Origin: Candidatus Dormibacteria bacterium
GTDB lineage: Bacteria; Chloroflexota; Dormibacteria; Aeolococcales; Bog-877
Length of the DNA stretch: 64,000 nucleotides
Reading direction: 5' to 3'
Assembly (NCBI GenBank): GCA_049518775.1
Contig: JBEKRL010000003.1
Coordinates: 737-64,736 of the forward strand
Shown: positions 28,386 through 38,186 of the stretch, piece by piece
Position numbering within the stretch: the stretch's first letter is position 1
Layout: every line of letters starts with the position of its first letter
Notes under the pieces: generated by a model
The model's database searches: none
Seen by the model: the letters and a program-made list of their open reading frames with translations, nothing else
Told to the model about the DNA's origin: nothing
Made by a program: the position numbers and the translations under genes

Positions 28386-29639
28386 CTAGAAGGGCAGCGG
28401 CGGCCCGACTGGGGGCCAGCTGGCGTGGTTCCGACGCCATGCCAGCTGGCCTCCGACGCTGGCCAGCAGGCAGACGACGACGGCGCACCCGGCCAGGAGG
28501 AACAGGAAGTCACCCCGCTGCAGGTGAGTGGTACCCCACGTTGCCAATGCCGCGCCCAGCACCCGGCCGAGATACATGCACCACAGGGCCGAGCCCATCG
28601 CCTGCCCCACACCGTCCCGGGTGGTCCGGACCTGAATCCTGTTGAAGCCCCACACCTCTTGGAGGGCCCCGCTGCCGGCGAAAGCGACCAACGCCACCAC
28701 CACGACCCACGCCCCCAACAGCGCACCCACCATGACCACCACCACCAGGTGGAAGTAGCCGAGGAGCACGATGCTCCGGCGCCGCACCTCCGGCAGGCGC
28801 ACAGCCACCGCGCTGCCCAGCAGGGATGCCCCGCCCACGAGCACGTACATGACTCCCACCTGGCTGCTGCCCACGTGGAAGGCGTACCTGGCGAGTGGCA
28901 CAAAGTAGACCTGAACAACGCTGGCCAGAGCGGCCCCCAAGGTCGCCTGGATCACGAAGAGCCTGGTGGTGGACTCCATCAGTAGAAGCGAAAAGCCGCG
29001 GCCCAGCGCCCTCCAGATCGGCTGCCGGGTGTACCCCCGCGGCCCCCATGGTGCCGGCTGGCGCCCGACTCTGCCCATCAGCGCCGCCGACGCGATGAAC
29101 GTGACGCCGTCCAGGGCGATCAGGGTGGTGGGTCGAGTGAATAACAGGAGGCCAGCACCTATGGCCGGCGCGACCAGGAGGGCGGACTCCGACACCACCG
29201 ACAGCAGACTGCTGCCGGCGGGCACCAGCCGCTCGGGAAGCAGCACCGCCACCAGCCGCCGCCTTCCGGGGTCGTAGAGCGCCGACGCGCAGCGGCTGCC
29301 TCCCGCTGCCACCAGAACCACCAGCAGGAGATGGCCCTGTGACCCGGCGATGGTCAGCCCCGCCAGCGCCGCCCTGACCAGGTCAAGAGCGACCAGCCGC
29401 CTCCGCCGATCCCCTCGGTCGCCCAGGTGCCCCCCCAGCGGCAGCAGCGCCAGCAGGGGCGCGGTCGTGAACACAAAGAGCAGGCCGACTCCGACCTCCC
29501 CGCCCAGCCGGTAGGAGATGATCATCAGGGCGGGAAGGGTCAGGAAGTCGCCGTACCAGGACAGCAACCCTGCGAGCCAGAGGGCTCGGAACCTGGGCAC
29601 GTGGAGAGGCGCCCGCCAAGGCACTCCACTCCCAGCCAA
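28386..29639 (-). CDS. MFS transporter
   Basis: 12 predicted TM segments with an MFS loop motif GHLGDRGDRRR between TM2 and TM3. TTG start with GGAGG 7 nt upstream. Confidence 0.8.
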   Translation of the reverse strand: MAGSGVPWRAPLHVPRFRALWLAGLLSWYGDFLTLPALMIISYRLGGEVGVGLLFVFTTAPLLALLPLGGHLGDRGDRRRRLVALDLVRAALAGLTIAGSQGHLLLVVLVAAGGSRCASALYDPGRRRLVAVLLPERLVPAGSSLLSVVSESALLVAPAIGAGLLLFTRPTTLIALDGVTFIASAALMGRVGRQPAPWGPRGYTRQPIWRALGRGFSLLLMESTTRLFVIQATLGAALASVVQVYFVPLARYAFHVGSSQVGVMYVLVGGASLLGSAVAVRLPEVRRRSIVLLGYFHLVVVVMVGALLGAWVVVVALVAFAGSGALQEVWGFNRIQVRTTRDGVGQAMGSALWCMYLGRVLGAALATWGTTHLQRGDFLFLLAGCAVVVCLLASVGGQLAWRRNHASWPPVGPPLPF

Positions 29640-29979
29640 ACTGGACCCTCCTAGCGGCGGAACCCCGGCAGTTTACGCGGCGGACGGCATCGTGCCGTCT
29701 GCCCCGGCGCCCGGCGCCAGCCCCACGGCACATCCCTGCGGGACTGGCCAGAGGCGAGCGGCCAGCCGGGCTATGTTACCGCTTCGTCATCTAGAAGTGA
29801 GCCGGTCGCGACATTATCCGAATCTGAGCTACTTTTACGCAGGAAGGTCCTCGCCGGGCCGGTCGTCAAAAAGTCGCCTACCAACATTCAGGGAGAGGTC
29901 GCCGCTATGAGCACTTGGGAACTCACCGAGTGGGGTTGAGCTGATCTGCGCTGGGGGTAGCTAACACCCTCGCCGCAAA

Positions 29980-31524
29980 TCAGAGAGAGAGCAGCTCCTC
30001 GGTGGGCTGCTCTTTCTTATTTGCGACGGCCTCCACGTCCTCGTCCGAGATGCTGTCGAACGCTTTCACGCACACTGGGTCGAACTGGGTCCCCGCGCAC
30101 CTCCTCACTTCGGTCCGCGCCTCGGCAAGGGAAATGGCCTTGCGGTAGGGCCGGTCCGAGATCATGGCGTCGAAGGCGTCAGCGATCGTGAACACCCTGG
30201 CGGCTAGGGGGACCTGATCCCCCTTCAGCCCCCGCGGGTAGCCCTTGCCGTCGAAGCGCTCATGGTGGTTCAGGATCACCTCTCGGGCCCGTTCCAGTTG
30301 CTTGACGTCCGCGACCATCAGCGCCCCCAACTGGGGGTGGGTGCGCATCACCCGCCACTCGTCGTCGGTGAGCGGGCCGGGCTTGTGCAGGATCGCATCC
30401 GGGATGCCGATCTTTCCGATGTCGTGGAGCAGGGCCCCATGACACAGCCGGAGCAGCTCGTCATCGTCGAACCTGAGGAACCTTCCCATCAGGAGGGAGT
30501 ACTCCACCACCCGACGGCAGTGACCCTCGGTGTCATTGTCCCGGAGATCGATCGCCTTGGACAGACTGATCAAGGTGGCGTTGAACCCGCTCCGGGCCTC
30601 CAGCAGGCGAGCGTTCTGCTCGTGCATCCACCGATTGGTGGCGGTCTGGACGATGGCCACCGGCGCCGCCAGGGTGAGCAGCGCTCCGCTCGCCCCCAGC
30701 CAGATGCTGGCCGCCACCGAGCCCAGCCAGATGCTGGCCGCCACCACACCGAGGCCGGCCAGCCCGTACCCCAGGTAGTAGGGCAGAACGGCCAGCACGT
30801 GACGGAGATAGACCCGGGCCAGGACCTGTTTGGCGCCCTGCTCGGCCGCCAGGACCAGGCCGACGAGCAGGTGATTCACCGCCCACGCGACCAGGCCTCC
30901 AGCTGCTCCGGCCAGGATCAGCCACACGATGCTCACCGCCTGGCCGGGAACCGCCAGCTGGCGGAGGGCCTCGAAGACCGAGAACGCCGCTGCGTAGACC
31001 AGCAGGCTCATCGCGCTGTTGAAGATGGTCTTCAGCCCCACCCGCCGGTGAACCGCCGCACCGACGAGGAAGGACGCCACGGCGGAGGCGGCCGCGCCGG
31101 GAAAGCCGAGGATGTAGACGGCCCCGATGCTGGCGTAGGCCTTGGCGCTGAAGTTGAGCCTCCCTCGGCCCATTGGCAGCGAGGCCCCTCCGCGCTGCTC
31201 CAGAAGTGCGACCAGTGCCATGACCACCAGCAGGGTCTCCCACTGCCTGGCCCACGACGGGCGTATCAGCAGCACCCCCACGATCGCGGCCGCGATCGCG
31301 GTGCCCGACACGACCGCGATCACCCCCCACTTCCGCCGCCTGGGGGCAAGATCGGCGGTCCAGTCCACCCGAGCCGCTGCCGGCCGCACGCTCACGGTCC
31401 CCCCAGGCGCGAGCTCCGCGGGGCGTTCCACGACGCCGACACTGGCGACCCCCCTATTGCTCAAGTGACTCTGCCCCATGGCCCCGGCCCGGGGCCGGCA
31501 TGCCAAATGTCGAGATCCCACCAC
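29980..31524 (-). CDS. membrane-anchored HD-GYP domain protein (putative c-di-GMP phosphodiesterase)
   Basis: Multi-TM N-half. C-half carries HCRRVVEYS, LLHDIGKIGIP, HHERFDGKGYPRGL and DAFDAMISDRPYR. The start is uncertain (31524 or ATG 31479). Confidence 0.8.
   Translation of the reverse strand: MVGSRHLACRPRAGAMGQSHLSNRGVASVGVVERPAELAPGGTVSVRPAAARVDWTADLAPRRRKWGVIAVVSGTAIAAAIVGVLLIRPSWARQWETLLVVMALVALLEQRGGASLPMGRGRLNFSAKAYASIGAVYILGFPGAAASAVASFLVGAAVHRRVGLKTIFNSAMSLLVYAAAFSVFEALRQLAVPGQAVSIVWLILAGAAGGLVAWAVNHLLVGLVLAAEQGAKQVLARVYLRHVLAVLPYYLGYGLAGLGVVAASIWLGSVAASIWLGASGALLTLAAPVAIVQTATNRWMHEQNARLLEARSGFNATLISLSKAIDLRDNDTEGHCRRVVEYSLLMGRFLRFDDDELLRLCHGALLHDIGKIGIPDAILHKPGPLTDDEWRVMRTHPQLGALMVADVKQLERAREVILNHHERFDGKGYPRGLKGDQVPLAARVFTIADAFDAMISDRPYRKAISLAEARTEVRRCAGTQFDPVCVKAFDSISDEDVEAVANKKEQPTEELLSL
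30695..30748 (-). repeat. 27-bp tandem duplication inside the HD-GYP gene
   Basis: cccagccagatgctggccgccacc occurs twice with a 27-nt period (first 24 nt of each unit identical), giving VAASIWLGSVAASIWLG inside a TM segment. Confidence 0.9.
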
Positions 31525-31711
31525 GCGTGCGCAGGAGGAGCCCCGTCATGGGTGTCGCCGGTCGCACTATCCTGACCCTCACCGTAAGCCGTCCCTTCCA
31601 GCGGACCACCGTAGTCTAAACGGCGGATTTCGACTTCCGGGACAGTTCTCCGGACTTGCGTCACCTTTGTGACAGGTTCCTCACAACGGTGTGGCCCAAA
31701 GGTGCGGAAGT

Positions 31712-33232
31712 CTACTTGGCGTAGTCGACCGACCGGGTCTCCCTGACCACCGTGACCTTGATGATCCCGGGATAGCTCATCTCCCCCTCGATCCGCCGGG
31801 CGATGTCGCGGGCCAGGACCACCGCGGCATCATCGTTGATGCGGTCCGGCTTGACCATGATCCGGACCTCTCGGCCGGCCTGGATGGCAAAGGACCGCTC
31901 CACCCCCTCGAAGCCGTTGGCAATCTCCTCCAGCTTCTCGAGCCGCTTGATGTAGCTGGACAGGGTCTCCCGCCGTGCCCCGGGACGAGATGCCGAGATC
32001 GCATCGGCGCTGAGGACTATGAAGGCCAGCGCGGTGGTCGGCTCCACGTCGTAGTGATGGCACCGCACCGCGTCGACCACGTCCGGGTGCCGGCCCAGCC
32101 GGCGCAGGATCTCCCCGCCGATGATCGCATGGGACCCCTCCACCTCGTGGTCCACGGCCTTCCCTATGTCGTGGAACATCCCCGCCTCCTTGGCGAGCCG
32201 CTCGTCCACCCCGATCTCGGCGGCGATCATTCCGGCCAGGTAGGCGACCTCCTTGACATGGGCGAGGACGTTCTGCCCGTAGCTGTAGCGGAAGCGGAGG
32301 GTGCCCACCAGCTTGACCAGCTCGGGATGGACGTTCTGGAGCCCGAGATCGTAGAGGGCCTGCTGCCCCTCCTCCATGATCCGCGCGGCCACCTCCTCCC
32401 TCGACTTGACCACCACCTCCTCGATCCGGGTGGGATGGATGCGGCCGTCGCTGAGCAGCTTGGTGAGGGTGACCCGGGCAACCTCCCGCCGCACTGGGTC
32501 GAAGCCGCTGAGCACCACCGACTCCGGGGTGTCATCGATGATCAGGTCGACTCCGAGCGCTGACTCCAGGGCCCGGATGTTCCTCCCCTCCCGACCGATG
32601 ATCCGGCCCTTGACCTCGTCGTTGGGAAGCGGGACCACCGAGACCGAGGTCTCGCCGGTCTGGTCGGCGGCGTGCCGCTGAATGGTGGTGACCAGCACCT
32701 CCCGAGAACGCTCGTCAGCTTCCGCCTCGGCCGCCGCCACCGAGTTGCGGATCAGATCCGCCTTCTCTGCGACCAGCTCCCGGTCCAGGGTCTCGAGGAC
32801 CTCCCGTCGAGCCTCCTCCCGGCTGAGCCCCGAAACTCGCTCCAATTCCGTCTGGGCCGCAGCTCGGACGGCGCCCGCCTGGATCCGCACCTCCTCCAGC
32901 TGCGCGCGCTCGGCGGCCAGGCCATCGGTCCGCTGGAGGATGTCCTGCTGCTGGCGGTCCAGCTGCTCCTCACGCTGCAGGATCCGCTGTTCCAGGTGCA
33001 GCGCCTCGCTCCGCCGGTCTCTGAGCTCCTGCTCCACCTCACCGCGGAGCCGGAGCGTCTCGGCCTTGGCCTCCAACTCGGCGGCCTTCCTTTCAGCCTC
33101 GAGCCCGGCTTTCGAGCTTGCCAGCTCCTCGAGCCGCAGCTGCGCCTGCTGGGAAGCTCTGAGGCCGTAGACGACGCCGCCAACCGCCAGCACCGCCAGC
33201 ACCACCAGCAATACAACGATTGCTGCACCCAT
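31712..33232 (-). CDS. rny: ribonuclease Y
   Basis: N-terminal TM, long coiled-coil ([14 protein letters not shown]...), KH ([15 protein letters not shown]) and HD domain ([15 protein letters not shown]). Start set at the ATG preceding the TM. Confidence 0.9.
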   Translation of the reverse strand: MGAAIVVLLVVLAVLAVGGVVYGLRASQQAQLRLEELASSKAGLEAERKAAELEAKAETLRLRGEVEQELRDRRSEALHLEQRILQREEQLDRQQQDILQRTDGLAAERAQLEEVRIQAGAVRAAAQTELERVSGLSREEARREVLETLDRELVAEKADLIRNSVAAAEAEADERSREVLVTTIQRHAADQTGETSVSVVPLPNDEVKGRIIGREGRNIRALESALGVDLIIDDTPESVVLSGFDPVRREVARVTLTKLLSDGRIHPTRIEEVVVKSREEVAARIMEEGQQALYDLGLQNVHPELVKLVGTLRFRYSYGQNVLAHVKEVAYLAGMIAAEIGVDERLAKEAGMFHDIGKAVDHEVEGSHAIIGGEILRRLGRHPDVVDAVRCHHYDVEPTTALAFIVLSADAISASRPGARRETLSSYIKRLEKLEEIANGFEGVERSFAIQAGREVRIMVKPDRINDDAAVVLARDIARRIEGEMSYPGIIKVTVVRETRSVDYAK

Positions 33233-33336
33233 CGGCGAGACCTCGCAGTGGCGGACAAGGGACGAGTGCCCGCCCCTTCCCGACCGCAACTCCTCACGGA
33301 ACCGGAGGAGTAGGAGATTGAACTAAAGTGGGACAG

Positions 33337-33342
33337 ATTCTA
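33337..33342 (-). promoter_or_regulatory. -10 element TAGAAT upstream of rny
   Basis: The gene strand reads gcggTAGAATctg, about 100 nt upstream of the rny ATG, in the recA-rny spacer. Confidence 0.4.
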
Positions 33343-33362
33343 CCGCGACCGACGGCCAAGCT

Positions 33363-33384
33363 GGCCTGCCGGTCCAGGCGGGCC
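33363..33384 (-). terminator. GC-rich hairpin downstream of recA (no U-tract)
   Basis: GGCCCGCC-tggacc-GGCAGGCC on the gene strand, with 7 of 8 bp paired, 19 nt after the recA stop. Confidence 0.3.
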
Positions 33385-33402
33385 GCTCTCTGGCTGCGCC
33401 CC

Positions 33403-34527
33403 TCAGCTCAGGACGCTGACACCCTCAGGCTCAGCCTCCAGAGTCCGGTCAGGTCCGGCCACCGGCTCGCCGATGACGGACTGCCGCACCTTGTTGGCAA
33501 TCTCGGCGGTGAGGTCTGGCTTGCTGCGGAGCAGGTCGCGGACATTCTCCCGGCCCTGACCCAGGCGCATCTCCCCATAGCTGAACCAGGCACCGCTCTT
33601 CTCCACGACCCCCGCTTCCAGGGCACCGTCGAGGACGCTGCCCTCGTAGGAGATGCCCTCGTTGTAGAGGAGGTCGAGCTCCGCCGACCGGAAGGGAGCG
33701 GCTACCTTGTTCTTGACCACCCTGACCCGGACCCGACCTCCGATCACGTCCAGACCCTGCTTCAGGGAATCGATCTTGCGGATGTCGAGCCGCACCGAGG
33801 CGTAGAACTTGAGCGCCCGACCCCCGGTGGTGACCTCGGGGTTGCCGAACATCACCCCGACCTTCTCACGAAGCTGGTTGATGAAGATCACCACGCAATT
33901 GGAACGGCTGATCGCGGCGGTCAGCTTGCGCATCGCCTGCGACATCAGCCGGGCCTGCAGGCCGACGTGGTTGTCGCCCATCTCGCCGTCGATCTCTGCC
34001 TTGGGCACCAGGGCCGCCACCGAGTCGATCACCACCACGTCCACCGCCTGGCTGCGAACCAGCACCTCCACGATCTCCAGCGCCTGCTCCCCGGTGTCCG
34101 GCTGCGAGATCAGGAGCTCATCGGTGTTGACCCCGATCCGAGCGGCATAGGCGGGATCGAGGGCATGCTCGGCGTCGATGAAGGCGGCCACGCCCCCCAG
34201 CTTCTGGGCCTCGGCAATCACGTGGAGGCTGAGACTGGTCTTGCCCGATGACTCCGGGCCGAAGATCTCCACCACCCGGCCGCGGGGAAGCCCGCCCACC
34301 CCAAGCGCCAGATCCAGGGTGAGGGCACCGGTGGAGACGACGTCAACCCCCCTGATCCCCCCCCCTTCGCCGAGCCGCATGATCGCACCCTTCCCGTAGC
34401 TGCGCTCGATCTGGCTGAGCGCAGCTCCCAGGGCCCGTTCCTTCTCACTCGCCACTCGTGCCCGCTCCTTGCCATCGTGATCAGGCGGGCCGCTCACGTG
34501 CCCCATCACTTCGAGTGTACCGCTCAT
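33403..34527 (-). CDS. recA: recombinase RecA
   Basis: [19 protein letters not shown], Walker [36 protein letters not shown]. Confidence 0.95.
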   Translation of the reverse strand: MSGTLEVMGHVSGPPDHDGKERARVASEKERALGAALSQIERSYGKGAIMRLGEGGGIRGVDVVSTGALTLDLALGVGGLPRGRVVEIFGPESSGKTSLSLHVIAEAQKLGGVAAFIDAEHALDPAYAARIGVNTDELLISQPDTGEQALEIVEVLVRSQAVDVVVIDSVAALVPKAEIDGEMGDNHVGLQARLMSQAMRKLTAAISRSNCVVIFINQLREKVGVMFGNPEVTTGGRALKFYASVRLDIRKIDSLKQGLDVIGGRVRVRVVKNKVAAPFRSAELDLLYNEGISYEGSVLDGALEAGVVEKSGAWFSYGEMRLGQGRENVRDLLRSKPDLTAEIANKVRQSVIGEPVAGPDRTLEAEPEGVSVLS

Positions 34528-34602
34528 TCAGTAGACCTCCGGTTTCTGGCTGCGGGGTGGCGACGAGCTGTGGCGGGACTTGCGACCAGGGCGCCCCGGC
34601 GG

Positions 34603-34616
34603 GGAACACTTGTTCG
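34603..34616 (-). promoter_or_regulatory. LexA (SOS) box CGAACAAGTGTTCC upstream of recA
   Basis: Perfect GAAC-N4-GTTC, 2 nt downstream of the TACAAT -10 and so covering the predicted start site. Confidence 0.75.
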
Positions 34617-34618
34617 TC

Positions 34619-34647
34619 ATTGTAGCGGCTCAGCCCCTCCATGGGAA
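34619..34647 (-). promoter_or_regulatory. recA promoter TTCCCA-17 nt-TACAAT
   Basis: The gene strand carries TACAAT (34624-34619) and TTCCCA (34647-34642). GGAGG SD lies 10 nt before the ATG. Confidence 0.5.
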
Positions 34648-34675
34648 GGTCCTCCGGAGCCCGCGCCCGGGGATG

Positions 34676-35209
34676 TCAGCCCCCCACCTCCAGCCCGGCC
34701 AGGAGCAGCTCCAGCGCCGCCGTGACCGCCCCCGCCCTGTTGAGGTGCCGGCCCCGGTCGCCGGTGAGCCTACGCACGGCGACCCGGTCGGGACCGGCCA
34801 GAGCCAGGTAGATGAGCCCCGCCGGCCTGTCCCCGGAGGACCCCGGACCTGCCACCCCGGTGGTGGAGACGCCAAAGGTGCTGCCGAAGCGGCTCCGCAC
34901 CGCCACCGCCATCGCCTCCGCGACCTCCGGGCTCACGGCTCCGCTGGCATCGAGCAGCGATTGGGACACCCTCAGCTCCCGGACCTTGACGCTGTCGTCG
35001 TAGGCGACCACCCCTCCCAGGAAGTACCCTGAGCTTCCCGCCACCGCCGTCAGGACTGCCGCCAGCAGTCCCCCGGTGCAGGACTCGGCGCTGGACACGG
35101 TGCGGCCCGGCGCCGATGCCGCCGCCGCACAAACCAGCTCGGCCAGCGGAAATGCCAAAGCCAGGTCGACCAGTTCGGGTTCGTCCATCAGCGACCGTGG
35201 CACCTTCAT
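34676..35209 (-). CDS. CinA C-terminal-domain protein (nicotinamide-nucleotide amidohydrolase PncC type)
   Basis: AESCTGGLLAAVLTAVAGSSGYFLGGVVAYDDSVK ... GVSTTGVAGP. There is no MoCF/N-terminal CinA domain. Confidence 0.85.
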   Translation of the reverse strand: MKVPRSLMDEPELVDLALAFPLAELVCAAAASAPGRTVSSAESCTGGLLAAVLTAVAGSSGYFLGGVVAYDDSVKVRELRVSQSLLDASGAVSPEVAEAMAVAVRSRFGSTFGVSTTGVAGPGSSGDRPAGLIYLALAGPDRVAVRRLTGDRGRHLNRAGAVTAALELLLAGLEVGG

Positions 35210-35252
35210 CGACGTTGCTGGCGGGAGCCGGCGGCGGTGGGCCCCGCCCCGG

Positions 35253-35747
35253 TCATCGGTAGTTGGCGAACTGCAGGGGAACTGGCAGATCCAGATCGCG
35301 CACGGTGTGGATCACCGCCTGCAGGGTGTCCTTGTCCTTGCTGACCACTCTCAACTCATCCCCCTGGACCCGCACCTGGACCTTAGGGTGAGCGGCCTTG
35401 ATCCGCTTGGTGAGGTCGCGGGCCGTGTCCTCATCGATGCCCTTTCGCAGCCGGATCTCCTGCCTCACGTTGCCCTTGGCGGCCGGCTCGAGCTTGCCAG
35501 CATCGAGGATCTTCAAGGAGAGCTGGCGGCGAACCAACTTACTCTTGAGGATGTCCAGGACAGCGTCGGCGCGCCCATCGGAGGCGGCCAGGATCACGAT
35601 CTCCTTCTCCTGGAGCTCCAGCTCCGCCACCACGTCTTTGAAGTCGTACCGGGTGGCGATCTCGCGCTTGGCCTGGTCGACCGCGTTCACCAGCTCCTGG
35701 CGATCGAAGTCTGAGACCACATCGAAGGAATGCTCACTGCCGGCCAC
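35253..35747 (-). CDS. yajQ: YajQ-family (UPF0234) nucleotide-binding protein
   Basis: HSFDVVSDFDRQELVNAVDQAKREIATRYDFKD ... LQFANYR, a full-length 164-aa match to the family pattern. Confidence 0.9.
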   Translation of the reverse strand: MAGSEHSFDVVSDFDRQELVNAVDQAKREIATRYDFKDVVAELELQEKEIVILAASDGRADAVLDILKSKLVRRQLSLKILDAGKLEPAAKGNVRQEIRLRKGIDEDTARDLTKRIKAAHPKVQVRVQGDELRVVSKDKDTLQAVIHTVRDLDLPVPLQFANYR

Positions 35748-35764
35748 GGGCTCAAGCCTAGCGG

Positions 35765-38086
35765 CTAGTCCTCATCCTCGCTGGAGTCGAGCATCTGCTC
35801 CAGCTCAGCCAGGTTCATCAGCACCTCCCGAGACTTGCTGCCCTCGTAGGGGCCCACCACGCGGGCGTCGGAGAGCTGGTCGATCAGCCGGGCCGCCCTG
35901 GTGTAGCCGACATTGAGCTTCCGCTGGAGGAGCGAGGCCGCCCCCCTCTGCTCTCCGATCACGATCCGTCCCGCCCTCTCGAAAAGCGGGTCACGCCTCA
36001 GCGCCGGGTCGCCCTGGGCCGGGGTCAGCGCTGCCGCCAGGAGGATCTCCTCCTGGTAGCGGGGGCGCCCCTGAGCCTTCCACCATCCGATCAGCTGATC
36101 CAGCTCACGGTCCGACACGTAGGCGCCCTGGAGCCGGATCGCCTTCCCGGCATCGATGGGAAGGTAGAGCATGTCGCCCCGGCCGAGCAGCTTCTCCGCC
36201 CCCATCTCGTCGAGGATCACCCGGGAGTCCACGCCACTGCTGACCGCGAACGCTATCCGGGAGGGAATGTTCGCCTTGATCAGGCCGGTGATGATGTCCG
36301 CTGAGGGGCGCTGGGTGGCCAGGATGAGGTGGATACCCACCGCCCGCGCCAGCTGGGCGATCCGGCAGATCAGGTCCTCGATCTCGTTGGCAGCGACCAT
36401 CATCAGGTCGGCCAACTCGTCGATCACGATCACGATCTTGGGGAGCGCGTGCAGCCCCAGCTGGGGCGCCCGCTCGTTGAAGCTGGTGATGTTCCGGGCC
36501 CCGTGACCAGCGAACAGCTTGAAGCGCTGCTCCATCTCCAGGACCGCCCAGCGCAGCGCTGCCACCGCCGGGTCCGAATCGATCACCACCGGAACCAGGA
36601 GATGGGGCAGCCCGGAGAAGTTGCTCAGCTCGACCCGCTTGGGGTCGACCAGAATCAGCCGCAGGTCACGGGGAGTGGACTGGAGCAGAAGCCCGGCCAG
36701 GACCGCGTTGATGCAGACACTCTTTCCGGAGCCGGTGGTGCCGGCGATGAGGAGATGGGGCATCCCGGAGAGGTCACCCAGCACCGGGTGCCCGCTCACG
36801 TCGGCGCCCAGCGCCACCGCCAGCTTGCTCTTGAAGTGGCCGAAGCCGGGAGCCTGGACCACCTCCTTCAGGGTCACCAGTTGGGCCGCCTTGTTGGGCA
36901 CCTCGATCCCGATCGCCGACTTGCCCGGGATCGGGGCCTGGATCCGGATCGGAGCCGCCAACGCCATCGAAAGATCGGGCTGGTAGGCGAGCACCTTGCG
37001 CACCGGCACCCCCGGAGCCGGTTGGAGTTCGTACTGGGTGACGGTGGGACCGGCGTTCACCCCCATCACCTTGCACTGGACCCCAAAGGTTCCCAGGGTC
37101 GACTCGATGGTCCGGATCCGGCTTCGGATCTCGTCGCGCAGTCGCTCGCGCTTGCCCTGGGCCGAGTCGAGCAGGTCCACGCTAGGCAGGACCCAGCTGG
37201 GCTCGGGCTCATCCAGCTCGTCGAGCTCGTCAGGATCGTGCGCGATCTCTGAGCCCCGCGTCAGGCCCACCGGGGTCCCGGCCAGCTCGACCGCCTCGGC
37301 AGCCGGCCCGGCCCCCAGCCTGTCGGGGCCGCCCTCGTCCAGACCTTCGAAGATACGCTGGAACGATTCCGGGGGCGTCTTGGGCACGGCCGCGCTGGCA
37401 GGGGCACGGGTCTCTGCCTCGAACTCCTTCCGAGCAGCCCCCATGTCAGGAAACACCGCCAATGCCTGGGCGGGCGGCATCCCCTCCGACCGCGCCCGGT
37501 CACCGAGGCCGAATAGTCTCCCGGTGACCACGCCCACTCGAGCGAGGGCCCCAGCAGAGATCCTTGACGGGTAGATCTCCAGACCCGCGATCAGGCCCGC
37601 CAACGCCACGGCCGCGAGGGCCACCAGGGTCGCCGGCGCTCCCACCGCATGGACGAGGTGGGGGCCGATGGCTCGGCCCAGAGCCCCGCCACTCCCGGAA
37701 TGCACCGTGGCCGCCATCGAGATCGCCGCCACCGCGGAGACCACCAGCGCGATCAGGACCTGAGCGCCGCTGCGATCAGAGCCCCTGGAGGCGAGCAACC
37801 CCAATCCCCCCGCCACCAGAGCGATCCCAATGATCCAGCCACCGACCCCAACCGCCGACGAGATGTCCCGGCCAAAGTCCAGCGCCACCTTGGCCTGGGG
37901 GAACCCGAGCAGGATCATCCAGATGAGGCCGACCGCGATCGAGCTGATCCCGGCGAGCTCCCGCACCTGAGGGGGACTGAGCCGCATCACCCGGCGAGAC
38001 GGGCTCGGACGCCTGGTCCTCGAGGCAGTGCGCCAGACCCTCCTCGTCGGGCGACGAGGAGCCCTACGCCGCTTGGTTGCGGCCAT
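35765..38086 (-). CDS. ftsK: DNA translocase FtsK/SpoIIIE
   Basis: N-terminal TM block, linker, motor domain with Walker A GTTGSGKSV, and a C-terminal gamma winged helix (LLQRKLNVGYTRAARLIDQL). Confidence 0.9.
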   Translation of the reverse strand: MAATKRRRAPRRPTRRVWRTASRTRRPSPSRRVMRLSPPQVRELAGISSIAVGLIWMILLGFPQAKVALDFGRDISSAVGVGGWIIGIALVAGGLGLLASRGSDRSGAQVLIALVVSAVAAISMAATVHSGSGGALGRAIGPHLVHAVGAPATLVALAAVALAGLIAGLEIYPSRISAGALARVGVVTGRLFGLGDRARSEGMPPAQALAVFPDMGAARKEFEAETRAPASAAVPKTPPESFQRIFEGLDEGGPDRLGAGPAAEAVELAGTPVGLTRGSEIAHDPDELDELDEPEPSWVLPSVDLLDSAQGKRERLRDEIRSRIRTIESTLGTFGVQCKVMGVNAGPTVTQYELQPAPGVPVRKVLAYQPDLSMALAAPIRIQAPIPGKSAIGIEVPNKAAQLVTLKEVVQAPGFGHFKSKLAVALGADVSGHPVLGDLSGMPHLLIAGTTGSGKSVCINAVLAGLLLQSTPRDLRLILVDPKRVELSNFSGLPHLLVPVVIDSDPAVAALRWAVLEMEQRFKLFAGHGARNITSFNERAPQLGLHALPKIVIVIDELADLMMVAANEIEDLICRIAQLARAVGIHLILATQRPSADIITGLIKANIPSRIAFAVSSGVDSRVILDEMGAEKLLGRGDMLYLPIDAGKAIRLQGAYVSDRELDQLIGWWKAQGRPRYQEEILLAAALTPAQGDPALRRDPLFERAGRIVIGEQRGAASLLQRKLNVGYTRAARLIDQLSDARVVGPYEGSKSREVLMNLAELEQMLDSSEDED

Positions 38087-38186
38087 CTACGAGGACGCTG
38101 ACATGGGTGGGGTTGAATGCATCGAAATTGGGATCGCCACCAACTGGGCGCAGTCTAGCAGCGGGACCGCACATCTGCTCGGTCGC

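Noticed and set aside
29907-29939. 10-codon ORF MSTWELTEWG with GGGAGAGG upstream, in the 340-bp MFS/HD-GYP spacer
   Set aside because: Two Trp in 10 codons resembles a leader peptide. However, no gene follows on that strand, since it faces the 3' end of the HD-GYP gene, and I could not build an attenuator structure. It is probably a chance ORF.
30262-31575. 437-aa plus-strand ORF
   Set aside because: It is antisense to the HD-GYP gene.
31660-31673. GTCAC-cttt-GTGAC inverted repeat between rny and the HD-GYP gene
   Set aside because: It is only a 5-bp stem with no U-tract and no second copy in the window. That is too short to distinguish an operator or terminator from chance.
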